DNA of 64,000 nt from an uncultured Gammaproteobacteria bacterium (GTDB lineage Bacteria > Patescibacteriota > Patescibacteriia > Patescibacteriales > WJLG01): NCBI GenBank assembly GCA_964547855.1, contig CAZJPG010000005.1, forward strand, positions 3,445-67,444, written 5' to 3'. The translations under genes were made by a program, and so were the position numbers. Shown piece by piece: positions 7,418 through 17,516 of this stretch. The notes below the pieces were generated by a model. That model ran no database searches and was not told the origin of the DNA. It saw nothing but the letters and a program-made list of their open reading frames with translations. Numbering within the stretch: position 1 is the first letter of the stretch; every line of letters begins with the position of its first letter.

Positions 7418-8716
7418 TCAATTTTTAGCGGTTGTTTCGGACTTATCGAGCAATATTTCCACTGCTCTATCCATTTGCGGATCCTTTTCGTTCTTATAAT
7501 CCTCTTCAGTGAATTTTACTTCCTCGTCCGGTTCGATCCCCTCATCGTTTATAGATCTGCCATTAGGAGTCAACCACTTAGCTACCGTTACTTTAAGAGA
7601 AGAACCATCGGACAGTTTTTCCATAGACTGAACAGACCCCTTACCAAATGTCTTGGTCCCGATCAATTTGGCCGCTCCATAATCCTGCAACGCTCCTGCC
7701 ACTATTTCTGACGCTGAAGCACTTCCACCATCAACCAAAACTACAGTCTTATAGCCTTTAAGACGAGGTAAGCCAACGGCATTATAAGAATCTTCACTGC
7801 CATCGGAAAGCCTTTCTTTGACAACAGGACCATTGGACACCCATTCGCTGGCCATATCTATAGCTCCATCAAGATATCCCCCTGGATTACTCCTTAGATC
7901 TAAAATTATGCCTTTTGGAGTCTTAGACAAAGCCTCTGTCACGGCCTGACTGAATAAGTCGTTGGTGTCATCATTAAAGCTACCGACCTCTATGACGAAA
8001 ATTCCATCTTCCCTCATGGTCGTTTTAACGCTTTTAACATAGATGACATCTCTAATTATGTCATAGTCCTTGGTTTCCTTAAAACCCTTCCTGTAGATCG
8101 TTAGTGTAACCTTGCTCCCTTTCGGTCCACGGATCATATTAACGGCCTCATTGACCGACATGCCAAGCGTCGACGTTCCATTGACCGCCAATATCCGATC
8201 TCCGGCTTTGATGCCGGCGTTTTCTGCTGGCATACCAGAAAGCGGGGCCACGACCGTAATTATATCGTCCTTGATTCCCACCTCTGCACCTATCCCTTCG
8301 AATGTCCCAGCCATACCATCTTCGAATTCCTTATACTCCTGCGGATTCATAAATGTCGTATAAGGGTCGCCGAGGGAAGCGGCTAAACCAGCTAAAGACC
8401 CATAGAACATTTTTTTATCGTTTAAGCCATCTTTATCGACATATTTTTGCTTAAGGTCATCCCAAAGTTCCCAATAAAGATCAAAATCCACGTCCTTCTG
8501 CAATCTTCCACCACTATCGGTCGAATATGCTCCTGTCATCTTACCAAGAAAGACCGTTTCTTTTTTAGCCGCTTCGGAAAATACATCGTTGGAGCTAGCG
8601 GCATACATACCAGCAGCGAACGACGACAGCATTAACACCATCACTAAAACAGAAAAAACGGCCCTCTTGAAGCCGCGGCTACTATCCAAAGAACCGCTTT
8701 TGATATTATGATCCAT
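7418..8716 (-). CDS. carboxy-terminal processing protease (peptidase S41) with PDZ domain
   Basis: TM anchor. PDZ (GIGAEVG...GMPAENAGIKAGDRILAVNG). S41 motifs LDLRSNPGGYL and VLVDGGSASASEIVAGALQD...TFGKG. Confidence 0.9.
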   Translation of the reverse strand: MDHNIKSGSLDSSRGFKRAVFSVLVMVLMLSSFAAGMYAASSNDVFSEAAKKETVFLGKMTGAYSTDSGGRLQKDVDFDLYWELWDDLKQKYVDKDGLNDKKMFYGSLAGLAASLGDPYTTFMNPQEYKEFEDGMAGTFEGIGAEVGIKDDIITVVAPLSGMPAENAGIKAGDRILAVNGTSTLGMSVNEAVNMIRGPKGSKVTLTIYRKGFKETKDYDIIRDVIYVKSVKTTMREDGIFVIEVGSFNDDTNDLFSQAVTEALSKTPKGIILDLRSNPGGYLDGAIDMASEWVSNGPVVKERLSDGSEDSYNAVGLPRLKGYKTVVLVDGGSASASEIVAGALQDYGAAKLIGTKTFGKGSVQSMEKLSDGSSLKVTVAKWLTPNGRSINDEGIEPDEEVKFTEEDYKNEKDPQMDRAVEILLDKSETTAKN

Positions 8717-8720
8717 ATAT

Positions 8721-9314
8721 TTATTTACGAATGATTTTTATATTATCCATGTCGCGAATATCGACTAGCCGCGATGGGCTACCAACTAACTTTTTACCGA
8801 TATCGATCACCAGATCCGGCTTAAAACGACCCAATTTTTTCTCTATGTCACCTGGATTATCTATTGGTTTTCTGCCACTTAAATTAAGGCTGGTGGACAC
8901 TATTGGCTCACCGACACCTCTTATCATTTTAACCAGAAAATCACTCTTTGGCAAACGAACGGCCGCATCGGTAGCAGCTCCTAAAAGCTCTTTATCAAAG
9001 AAGCCTTTTTGCTTTAAAATCACCGAAACCGGCCCTGGCCAAACATTCTTCAAATACTCCATTTGGCGCTTATCGACTTGAAAATACTTACGCAACATCG
9101 AAAAACACTTCACCAAAACCAACATTGGGTTATTTTTGTCTCGCCCCTTGATCAGACGTATCTTTTTGATCGCTTTACTATCAGAGGCTAAACAACCCAG
9201 TCCATAGATAGTGTCGGTTGGATATGCTATCACTTTGCCATTTTTCAATTCCGATACGATCGCCTCTATATCGCTCTTTTTTATATTATCTATATCTATC
9301 TTAATGGTCTTCAT
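8721..9314 (-). CDS. tsaC: L-threonylcarbamoyladenylate synthase (YrdC/Sua5 family)
   Basis: YrdC-domain motifs KVIAYPTDTIYGLGC...NPMLVLV...VRLP...STSLNLSG. Start trimmed to ATG 9314, which removes the overlap with cvpA. Confidence 0.85.
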   Translation of the reverse strand: MKTIKIDIDNIKKSDIEAIVSELKNGKVIAYPTDTIYGLGCLASDSKAIKKIRLIKGRDKNNPMLVLVKCFSMLRKYFQVDKRQMEYLKNVWPGPVSVILKQKGFFDKELLGAATDAAVRLPKSDFLVKMIRGVGEPIVSTSLNLSGRKPIDNPGDIEKKLGRFKPDLVIDIGKKLVGSPSRLVDIRDMDNIKIIRK

Positions 9315-9315
9315 T

Positions 9316-9831
9316 TTAAAACAATGATTTGACCGCCTGCCAGCCAGTGACAAAAAGCGGCGTCAATATCTTAACTACTAATATAAAATACGGAGCGAAC
9401 ATCGATTCTACGACTATCTTGCCAAGATAAGTCCCAGCAGGGAAGAATCTTGCCCCCATATATATTATTACTCCGCAAACAAAAAGCCCCACTATCGTCC
9501 CGAGTATCGCCCCAGCCATGTTGTTTATCGAACCCAAAAACGGAATGATCGAGATAAAATCATAAGCCTTGTCCAGCGCGACGAAAATTATATATATTAT
9601 CCGAGAGAAAACCACTAAAAGTAAAAAGAAGCATATCAATCGACCAATGTTATCAAGACCAAAGAACACTGGTCTGATCATGGAAAAAAGTTTTTCATAG
9701 GCATAGATGCCTATCAACCCGCCGACGATCAACCCGACGAACGAACCAAATGTCTTAATGAAACCAAGCCAAAAACAACGCCAAATAAAGGCGATCAAAA
9801 TAGCTATAAGAACGATGTCTAGCCAGTTCAT
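9316..9831 (-). CDS. cvpA: CvpA-family membrane protein
   Basis: MNWLDIVLIAILIAFIWRCFWLGFIKTF... is a typical CvpA N-terminus; 4-5 TM helices. Start trimmed from TTG to ATG 9831. Confidence 0.75.
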   Translation of the reverse strand: MNWLDIVLIAILIAFIWRCFWLGFIKTFGSFVGLIVGGLIGIYAYEKLFSMIRPVFFGLDNIGRLICFFLLLVVFSRIIYIIFVALDKAYDFISIIPFLGSINNMAGAILGTIVGLFVCGVIIYMGARFFPAGTYLGKIVVESMFAPYFILVVKILTPLFVTGWQAVKSLF

Positions 9832-9902
9832 AGTTTTCCACTTTATCAAAAGCGGGAATGGAAGTTCCCGCTTTTGATTATATCATTCTTTGCAATGGTT
9901 TT

Positions 9903-11549
9903 CTACCTTGTGGCTCCGGAATAGGTTATCGCCTGCAAAGCGTTCCATTCTTCGGTAGTTTGAGGCAATTTCTTAAAGACGTTCTTAAAGGTTTTAAGTG
10001 CTGCTGCCTCGGAATTAAGGTTACGATTTTCGGCTTTCTGTCTTAAGCCATAGGCCATAACCTTGATGGCGGCCAAATCATGGGCATTGTCCATATCTGG
10101 CTCGCGCAGATAGATTTTTTTGAATTGTTCCTTGGCACTAGCCTCGGCTTCTTCGGAAACGATCGATGGGAAACGTCCGTTGGCGATCTTAATAGCCTCC
10201 TCTATCTCATCCTGAGTCTCAGGCAATTTATTGTAGGCCTCTTTAAAAGAATACATAACTGCGGCGCGCTCACCCTCTCCAAGTTTTTTGGTGTTATCGT
10301 CGACTCCGTAAGCGATGAAATTCTTTATGGCCGTCTCAACGGTAGCGCTAATGGTCTGAGCTAACCCATCTTTCAATTTCATCAAGTGGTCGATCTGGAC
10401 TTGCTGTTCCTTGACGATGTCGCGCAAAGACTTAATCTCGGCTAAGAGCTGATCTATTCTATTATCATAGAGATTAGTGGCGTTTTCGCGAATCTTCTCC
10501 ATTTCCTGAACAGGCTTCGACTCTGGATCACCTAATTGAACAGTGATTTCATTGGAATACACGCCGCACTTACCACCTAAATATTCACAGACGCGAACAT
10601 AATAAGTGCCAGCACCGAAGTAAGGACTAACAAAATCAGAATTGGAATTCGGATTTGACTTATAATCATATCTATCGCCTTCGCGCAAAGGATAGGTCGG
10701 GCCAGAAGTTTTGGAATAAACAACCTTATAGCCCTGAGCACTATAACCATTAGCTTCCCAAGTCACGTTATTACCCTCGCCACTCAAAACTATCGACGAA
10801 ACACTATTCTCTGTGGCCTCCTTGACCTTAACATCTTCCTTGGAAGCCAAAGAAACTGTCACCTGATTGGAGTATTTACCGCATTTACCACCCAAATACT
10901 CACAGACGCGAACATAATAAGTTCCTGAGCCGTTAAAAGCGCTAACTGTATCACTTCTCTTGCTTGCTTCAGAATAATAATGATACTGATCGCCTTCGCG
11001 GCAAGGATAGGTCGGATTGGAATTCTTGGACCAAACGACTTTAAAACCGTTCTCACTATAACCGTCGACAGTCCAGCTTAAAGAACCATTGTCACCGGCC
11101 TTCAAGGTTATAGAATTAACATTTTGCTCGGTTATATTAGTGTCTTCTCCTTCATTAGAGACTTCATCACCCAATTTCAAGGTTACCTGATTGGAGTATT
11201 TGCCACATTTACCACCCAAATACTCACAGACACGGACGTAATAAGTGCCAGAACCATTAAAAGGGCTAACGGTGTCGCTTCTCTTGCTTGGTTCGGAATA
11301 ATAATGATACTGATCGCCCTCGCGGCAAGGATAGGTCGGGCCAGAATTTTTAGACCAAACAACCTTGAAGCCATTAGAACTGTAACCATCAACGGTCCAG
11401 CTCAAAGACGAACCACTTCCTTTAAGGGTAATCGACGAAACCGCAGAACCGGAACTCTCACTTGAAGTATTGGCACCAACTGACGAAACCGCCAATCCGG
11501 CACCAAACATCACAATCAGAGCACCAATTAGGAATTTGTTTTTTCCCAT
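9903..11549 (-). CDS. secreted repeat protein: three ~105-aa Cys-containing beta-type modules plus a helical C-terminal domain
   Basis: Signal peptide. Module SWTVDGYS.NGFKVVWSKNS.PTYPCREGDQYHYYSE.SKRSDTVS.FNGSGTYYVRVCEYLGGKCGKYSNQVT occurs 3 times (copies 1 and 2 nearly identical). Confidence 0.8.
   Translation of the reverse strand: MGKNKFLIGALIVMFGAGLAVSSVGANTSSESSGSAVSSITLKGSGSSLSWTVDGYSSNGFKVVWSKNSGPTYPCREGDQYHYYSEPSKRSDTVSPFNGSGTYYVRVCEYLGGKCGKYSNQVTLKLGDEVSNEGEDTNITEQNVNSITLKAGDNGSLSWTVDGYSENGFKVVWSKNSNPTYPCREGDQYHYYSEASKRSDTVSAFNGSGTYYVRVCEYLGGKCGKYSNQVTVSLASKEDVKVKEATENSVSSIVLSGEGNNVTWEANGYSAQGYKVVYSKTSGPTYPLREGDRYDYKSNPNSNSDFVSPYFGAGTYYVRVCEYLGGKCGVYSNEITVQLGDPESKPVQEMEKIRENATNLYDNRIDQLLAEIKSLRDIVKEQQVQIDHLMKLKDGLAQTISATVETAIKNFIAYGVDDNTKKLGEGERAAVMYSFKEAYNKLPETQDEIEEAIKIANGRFPSIVSEEAEASAKEQFKKIYLREPDMDNAHDLAAIKVMAYGLRQKAENRNLNSEAAALKTFKNVFKKLPQTTEEWNALQAITYSGATR
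10535..11432 (-). repeat. three tandem ~320-bp coding repeats inside the 548-aa gene
   Basis: The similar shadow ORFs 10859-11056 and 11183-11392 in the track reveal DNA-level duplication. Confidence 0.8.
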
Positions 11550-11674
11550 AGTTTTTTAATTTAATGTTAGCTTAATTATTTAAAAATTATTAAATATTAG
11601 CTAAATTAATTATAAGCCTCCTTTTTAATTACCTAAAGATTATACACCAAAAACCCAACCTAAACAACTTGATA

Positions 11675-13180
11675 TTATTTTTTACCGATATCGAGTCTTG
11701 GGAATAAAGACTCCCCTTTTTTGATCTGCTTTTCAGAGTACTGCTTGATTATTTTTTCTGAAACAGATGGCATGAATGGAGCGATCAAATATCCTATATC
11801 CAAAATATCCTGTGCGACTGGCTCCAAGGCTTTTTTGATCTCCTCTTTGTCTTCCATCTTCCAAGGTTTCTTCTCCGCGAGTAAGACATCACAATCAGCT
11901 GCTCTCTTCACTAAAACGCCCAAGGCTTCGTCAAAGGCATATTTATCCATCTTGGCGGAAAAATCCGACTTCAAGTCGCTTTCAGTGCGGAACTTAATAT
12001 CAGTCTCAATACCATTCTTCTCTAACATATTAGAGACGCGCGCCGCCAAATTACCGATACCGTTGGCTAATTCGGCGTTATATAAAGTCTCGAACTTCTC
12101 GTAGGAAAAATCGCTATCAGTGAAAGGCTTGATCTCGCGCAAGAGGAAATAACGAACCGGGTCGGTTCCGTATTTGGCGACCAAATCGATCGGATTAACG
12201 ACGTTACCCAAAGACTTAGACATCTTTTGGCCATCGGCCGTAATGAATCCAAAGACTAAAACCTGCTTGGAAGTAGGCAAACCAGCCGACATCAACATGG
12301 CCTGCCACATAGCGGTCTGCTGGCGCAAATTATCCTTACCGCAAACCTGAATGCCTGGCCAATAGTTCTTGTAATTACACTCCCCCTTCTCGCATAAAGC
12401 CAAGTCCGCCGATTCCTCGCTACCAAGCTTGTTCACGCGCTCGCAATGACAAGGCCAGCCCAAACAAGAGATATAATTCACCAAGGCGTCGAACCAGACA
12501 TACATCACTTGCGCCTCATCGCCTGGTACTGGCACACCCCAAGACATCTTAGACGCCAAACGAGAAATGGAAAAATCCTCCAATCCTCTCTCAACAAAAG
12601 CTTTGATCTCGTTCAAGCGCTCACGCGGCTGAACGAAGTCCGGATTCTTCTCATACATCTCGAGCAATGGTTGTTGATATTTGGAGAAACGGAAAAAATA
12701 ATTCTCCTCGTCGATCAACTCCAAATCGGCATTGGGGTGCAACGGACACCTCCCCTGTTCGTTCAATTCCGAGTCGGTCTTTTCCAATTCGCATCCAACG
12801 CAATATTTAACCTTATAGGTCTTCTTATATATGTCACCATTGGCCTCGCATAGCCTCCAGAAAGCCTGTGCCGCGGCGACATGATGCTCGTCCGTGGTTC
12901 TTATAAAACTATTATAAGTAAGGTTTAAGGCCTCTTTCAGTGCCCCAAACTTAGCGGCATAACCGTCGCAATAGGTCTTAGGATCGACCCCTGCCTCTTC
13001 GGCCTTCCTATATATCTTCAGTCCATGTTCGTCCGTGCCGGTGTTAAAGAATATTTCCTTACCCGAAAGCCTTTGCCATCGAGCGATCGTATCCGCCTTA
13101 ATGATCTCCGCTGCAAAGCCGATGTGTGGGTCAGCATTGACATATGGGAGAGTTGTTGTGATATAGAATTTATTAGACAT
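11675..13180 (-). CDS. metG: methionyl-tRNA synthetase
   Basis: HIGH-type motif (PYVNADPHIGF), KMSKS present, Zn knuckles (CVGCE...CPLH). Confidence 0.97.
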   Translation of the reverse strand: MSNKFYITTTLPYVNADPHIGFAAEIIKADTIARWQRLSGKEIFFNTGTDEHGLKIYRKAEEAGVDPKTYCDGYAAKFGALKEALNLTYNSFIRTTDEHHVAAAQAFWRLCEANGDIYKKTYKVKYCVGCELEKTDSELNEQGRCPLHPNADLELIDEENYFFRFSKYQQPLLEMYEKNPDFVQPRERLNEIKAFVERGLEDFSISRLASKMSWGVPVPGDEAQVMYVWFDALVNYISCLGWPCHCERVNKLGSEESADLALCEKGECNYKNYWPGIQVCGKDNLRQQTAMWQAMLMSAGLPTSKQVLVFGFITADGQKMSKSLGNVVNPIDLVAKYGTDPVRYFLLREIKPFTDSDFSYEKFETLYNAELANGIGNLAARVSNMLEKNGIETDIKFRTESDLKSDFSAKMDKYAFDEALGVLVKRAADCDVLLAEKKPWKMEDKEEIKKALEPVAQDILDIGYLIAPFMPSVSEKIIKQYSEKQIKKGESLFPRLDIGKK

Positions 13181-13233
13181 GTTTTTTTGTTGATATCTGA
13201 AATAAAAATTTTATACAATAGACATTTAAAACC

Positions 13234-13659
13234 TTACTTGGAGACCTTAAATTCCACTTTCTCAAATCCCTGATGATAATTCCCAGTCTTAACCTTCAAC
13301 TCCAAAACACAATAATCTGGGTCGTTGACGCCTTTAGGATAATACATCTCAAAGCCAGGGCGCCAAAGCTTTTCGCGCGCCTCCTGATCCTTACGAACCT
13401 TGATTTCGCCCATCAATCTTAACCCCTTAAAGGCGGTTTCGTCAAAGAAGTAGGCGCCAGCCTTTTTATTCTTAACGGCCTGCTTGATCTTGTTGGACGA
13501 AGAGTTCGTAGAGAACCAAATCGTCTTCAGATCGTCATTGCCCAAATTAAGCATGGCCCGCATATTCGGATAACCCTTGCCATCGACCGTGGCCAATATC
13601 ACCGTCTTGGATTTTTTGATCAGAGTTAAGGCTTTTTTCTTGGCGTCTTCAATTGTCAT
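13234..13659 (-). CDS. pyridoxamine 5'-phosphate oxidase-family (general stress protein 26-like) FMN-binding protein
   Basis: Size and pattern (TVILATVDGKGYPNMRAM...WFSTNSSSNKIKQ...KAGAYFFDE) are typical of the PNPOx split-barrel family. Confidence 0.7.
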   Translation of the reverse strand: MTIEDAKKKALTLIKKSKTVILATVDGKGYPNMRAMLNLGNDDLKTIWFSTNSSSNKIKQAVKNKKAGAYFFDETAFKGLRLMGEIKVRKDQEAREKLWRPGFEMYYPKGVNDPDYCVLELKVKTGNYHQGFEKVEFKVSK

Positions 13660-14758
13660 ATTGTTTATTTATTTTCGAAACTATTTTTTGTAACTTCTCC
13701 TCGGCATCACATTTCTTTTCTATGACACTATTAAAAGCTACCAAGGATGAACCGACGATCTTTTTTCCAACAAGATTCTCCGTAAAATACCACTTCAACA
13801 TATTCGGCTCTTCATATATCGATCTTGAATCGGGAACCTCCTGAACATCCTTACAATCCTTTTCAGCCTCAATAGATAATTTTTTATAATTATCAAAACA
13901 GTAACCGACGGTCATATTTCTCTTGAAGTAGAATCCGTTCATTGACGCCAATCTATCAACCTGATCTCCAAGTCCTTTTTCCAAATTCTCTCTGCTTAAA
14001 GCCTCTTTGCAGATCATGTATTCGATAGAGAATGGCGATTTATTCCCCTTAGCCCTATAAGCCGACAATTTTTCTCCATACTCCGAAAGATATGGGGAAT
14101 CTTCCGGCATCATCGAAATGACCTTTTGCAAAATATCCAGTCCATTATTCTTCATGGCTATTCCGACCAAGTGAGCGATCATCGTACTCTGAGAATTTTC
14201 GATGGCATTCCCAACGATAACCGGTTTCATAGCCTCATCAAGCGCCTCTTTGTATTGTTTTTCTCTAGCCAGATAAATGGCCTTTACGCCACTCAAACGA
14301 CTTACCTCGCGCCAAGCATTAAGCGGGACCACTGGCATATTTCTAGATATCTTGGCCGGGTCATCGGTGTATGGCATTTGGAACCCTGTCTTGTTTGCGG
14401 CCGCGTCGAAATATCCCAAAGCCTCCTTGTTGTCTTCCAATAACTTTGCGACACTATCTTTGCCCCATTTATCACTATCTAAAAAATCGGACACTAATTC
14501 CTTTTCATATGAAAAACCTTTCGTATTGATCGCCCCATAGACCTTTTCCAAATCATAAAAACCATTCTCACTGTCCGGCAAATTCACAACAGATAATTGC
14601 AAAAAGGAATCATCGACTGGTTTTATGTCACGACCATTGAATAGCCATAAAAGCCCGGGGATTATAATTACCACCACCGCGAATATCGCTCCGGCCCAAG
14701 TCAAAAAAATAAACAACCCAGTGATAATTTGGACTAATACTGATTTTTTTTCTTTCAT
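13649..14758 (-). CDS. hypothetical N-terminally membrane-anchored protein (369 aa)
   Basis: One N-terminal TM helix, then a helical extracytoplasmic domain. 11-nt overlap with the downstream gene. Confidence 0.7.
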   Translation of the reverse strand: MKEKKSVLVQIITGLFIFLTWAGAIFAVVVIIIPGLLWLFNGRDIKPVDDSFLQLSVVNLPDSENGFYDLEKVYGAINTKGFSYEKELVSDFLDSDKWGKDSVAKLLEDNKEALGYFDAAANKTGFQMPYTDDPAKISRNMPVVPLNAWREVSRLSGVKAIYLAREKQYKEALDEAMKPVIVGNAIENSQSTMIAHLVGIAMKNNGLDILQKVISMMPEDSPYLSEYGEKLSAYRAKGNKSPFSIEYMICKEALSRENLEKGLGDQVDRLASMNGFYFKRNMTVGYCFDNYKKLSIEAEKDCKDVQEVPDSRSIYEEPNMLKWYFTENLVGKKIVGSSLVAFNSVIEKKCDAEEKLQKIVSKINKQYDN

Positions 14759-14777
14759 TTTGCGGATATTATGATCT

Positions 14778-16298
14778 TTACTTAGAGACTCTTTCGAGAG
14801 TCGCCTTGTTCCAACCTTCTGTTCCTGCGATAAGATAATAATAATCGCTTATATAAATAGTAGCTCGCCCAGAGGAACCGATCGGTCCGAATTCTTCCCT
14901 AGCCTTATCTTGATTGGAAAAGCAAAACCAGGTATCGCGATTGTCGGACTTGACCTTTGGAAGTATTTCTCGGCTATCGGGATAAAAACAGACCTGCCCA
15001 CCGACAAAAGCATAATCATCTTGATAATATTTATACTCGCCGCTAATTTTCTTATCGCCACTTGATAAAGCTTTAAAAAGGATATTACCCTCCTGCTTCC
15101 CCGCGTACCCAACCTTAACATCGCTCGCTGTCATACCACCATAGCAATCGCCATCCTTAACCATCGAAAAATCATCAAAGGCTGTTGGGCAATCAGAATC
15201 TCCGACTTTTGGTTCTTCCACCGAGACCACACCAACAAGTTCGGCATTAGTCCAGGCGCCGCACTGGCAATATATCAAATTAAAATTATCGATATCGACC
15301 GTGGCGCGACCTGAAGAAGATTTCGATATTAATTTTTTCACAAAATCATTACTTCTTACACAAAAACGGCTTTTTTCATTCTCTTCTCCTGGAAACTTTG
15401 GAATTCTTGCCTCTGAAAAGGCATCAAGATCACTAAAGCAGGCCCATCCGCCGTCATATTCCCCTTCATCATAATAAATATAATCGCCAGTGACCCTAGC
15501 CTTGCCGGAAAACTTTATTTCTTTTTTATATGATTCATTGGAGTACGACTTAACTGTCATGCCAGACATCTTAGCACCGATCTCAACACCAGGCATTGGA
15601 GCTTGTAATTCAGCTGACCACTTTAGCGCCGTGTTATAACTATTTGAGTTTTTATAGACATAGCTGTATTTATTTATCCAAACCAACGCCCTACCCGTCC
15701 TATCCTCAGAACAGAAAAAATCTTCGGCATATTTATCTTCGTCATCGGCGAAACAAAAACTTTGTTTAGACTTATCCCCTTCGAATCTTGGCAACGAAGA
15801 ATCGTCATCAGGAGTAAAGCAAACCGACCCTGAATGCCAACTCACTTCAGTGTCATATGTCGATGAATTATCCAAGCACTTATAAGTACCGATCAAATAG
15901 GCCATCACATCGGCATTGTGTGGGGCAAAAATAACTTCTTTACTTAAGTCGTTATCAATAGACTTCTCCACTCCTGCACAAGCGTAGCAATCACCATATT
16001 TCAAAGAAGTAAAATCACTAAAGGTGTTATCACAGCACTTAAAGGCGTTCTCATCATCATTATCGATCGCGGACGCTGTAGATGTCGCGACCTTTTCGTT
16101 CTTACCGGCTAAATCCGACTGACACTCTTCCAAGGCCTCGTAGACAGCACTCAACTCATCCTTCGAACAATTGTTTTGATCGGGTGAAGTGCCAGCTGCC
16201 ATTCCCTTAAAATAGAAAAATGAGCCAGTAGCTAAAGCCAAGGCAAAGACTAAAACTCCCCCAGCGATAGAAAGCAAAATTAAAATTCTCTTTTCCAT
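14778..16298 (-). CDS. hypothetical secreted/anchored Cys-rich protein with three internal repeats (506 aa)
   Basis: N-terminal TM/signal. Recurrent pattern ...VCF.PD....LP.......FCF........GRA.V.I.. occurs 3 times. Confidence 0.7.
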   Translation of the reverse strand: MEKRILILLSIAGGVLVFALALATGSFFYFKGMAAGTSPDQNNCSKDELSAVYEALEECQSDLAGKNEKVATSTASAIDNDDENAFKCCDNTFSDFTSLKYGDCYACAGVEKSIDNDLSKEVIFAPHNADVMAYLIGTYKCLDNSSTYDTEVSWHSGSVCFTPDDDSSLPRFEGDKSKQSFCFADDEDKYAEDFFCSEDRTGRALVWINKYSYVYKNSNSYNTALKWSAELQAPMPGVEIGAKMSGMTVKSYSNESYKKEIKFSGKARVTGDYIYYDEGEYDGGWACFSDLDAFSEARIPKFPGEENEKSRFCVRSNDFVKKLISKSSSGRATVDIDNFNLIYCQCGAWTNAELVGVVSVEEPKVGDSDCPTAFDDFSMVKDGDCYGGMTASDVKVGYAGKQEGNILFKALSSGDKKISGEYKYYQDDYAFVGGQVCFYPDSREILPKVKSDNRDTWFCFSNQDKAREEFGPIGSSGRATIYISDYYYLIAGTEGWNKATLERVSK

Positions 16299-16302
16299 GG
16301 AT

Positions 16303-17034
16303 TTAGTTTTTAAATTTTAAAGTTTTTAACATGTCGATTATCTCACTCATCTCTTCTCGATAACTGCTATTATCGGTCGGCAAATTATTTATATCGGAAG
16401 ATTCGAAGGTAGCAGTAATAACAAACTGCCTCATTTGCCCCTTAAGGTTGACTCCCAAAGCGGCAGGGTCTCCAAAGTATCCACCACCTTTATTGGTCAC
16501 GAATGAAAAATACCAACGAGGCTTGCCATCTTTTGGTGCGTTACAGAACTCAGTCGCGTAATTACCATCCATGTAATACGATGTCATTTCTAATCCATTA
16601 TTTAAATCGGTCTTTTCAGAGAACCCACAAGGCTCGGCTGGGTGCATCGTCAAAACAAGGTCAGCTGCTGTGCCTTGAGCTATCTCCGAAAAGCGTCCAC
16701 CCTCGACGCCACTAGCTTGCACGGTGTTAGGTTTTATTTGAACGACATATCCGCTATTCGTTATATTCAGCACCCCATCCCCAATCTCCTCATAGCTCCA
16801 GCCGCTGTTTTCGAATATATACATCTCCAAATATTTATTCTGAAATAAAAACTGTCCGTTGGTCGTCGTCTGTGTTTGTTGCTCGATTTGTTGCTGGCTA
16901 TCGCTTATTGCTGTGATCTGTGTTTGATCTTCTTGTTTGTAGCCAGAGTTTTTGTCTTTTACATAGACAAAATAAACGACCGCCACAAAAAGCAAAATGA
17001 TAACCGCCATTATGAGCAAAGGAATTTTTTTCAT
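16303..17034 (-). CDS. hypothetical membrane-anchored protein (243 aa)
   Basis: N-terminal TM helix and a Q-rich linker. 4 nt from the upstream gene's stop. Confidence 0.7.
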   Translation of the reverse strand: MKKIPLLIMAVIILLFVAVVYFVYVKDKNSGYKQEDQTQITAISDSQQQIEQQTQTTTNGQFLFQNKYLEMYIFENSGWSYEEIGDGVLNITNSGYVVQIKPNTVQASGVEGGRFSEIAQGTAADLVLTMHPAEPCGFSEKTDLNNGLEMTSYYMDGNYATEFCNAPKDGKPRWYFSFVTNKGGGYFGDPAALGVNLKGQMRQFVITATFESSDINNLPTDNSSYREEMSEIIDMLKTLKFKN

Positions 17035-17516
17035 AATATTTTTTTATGACTAAAATTTTTAACCATATTGACGCAAGGGACCTTAACATCATTCATTATC
17101 GTAAACGTTCTCTTTATGCGCCTGTAGCCGAAATGTTTATAAAAATCTACGGCCGACAAACTTGAATTTAGGGATATTTTAAGAATTCCGAATTCAAAGG
17201 CTTTTTTCTCTAAGTGCCTCATTAATTTTCCCCCTATGCCGCGACCGATCATCTTATAAGAAGCGTACATCCCGCTGATCATCTTTTTTTCTTGGTTTAA
17301 TATGCCAACGCCAACGACCTCTCCTTTGTCCTCGACGACCACGATATAACGATCGCCTGTAGCGATTCTTTTTTTATACTTACTAAAAGACACTACTCCG
17401 ACCCAAGCTGAAATCTGCTCTTTTGTATAATAAGGAGAGTTCAATTTTCTCACCGCCGTCCTTACTAAACGGCCCATGGCTACCGCATCGTCTATTTTTG
17501 CTTTTCTAATCTTCAT
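17031..17516 (-). CDS. GNAT-family N-acetyltransferase
   Basis: Acetyl-CoA motif A region (VVGVGIL...YKMIGRGIGGKLMRHLEKKA). 4-nt start/stop overlaps on both sides. Confidence 0.8.
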   Translation of the reverse strand: MKIRKAKIDDAVAMGRLVRTAVRKLNSPYYTKEQISAWVGVVSFSKYKKRIATGDRYIVVVEDKGEVVGVGILNQEKKMISGMYASYKMIGRGIGGKLMRHLEKKAFEFGILKISLNSSLSAVDFYKHFGYRRIKRTFTIMNDVKVPCVNMVKNFSHKKIL

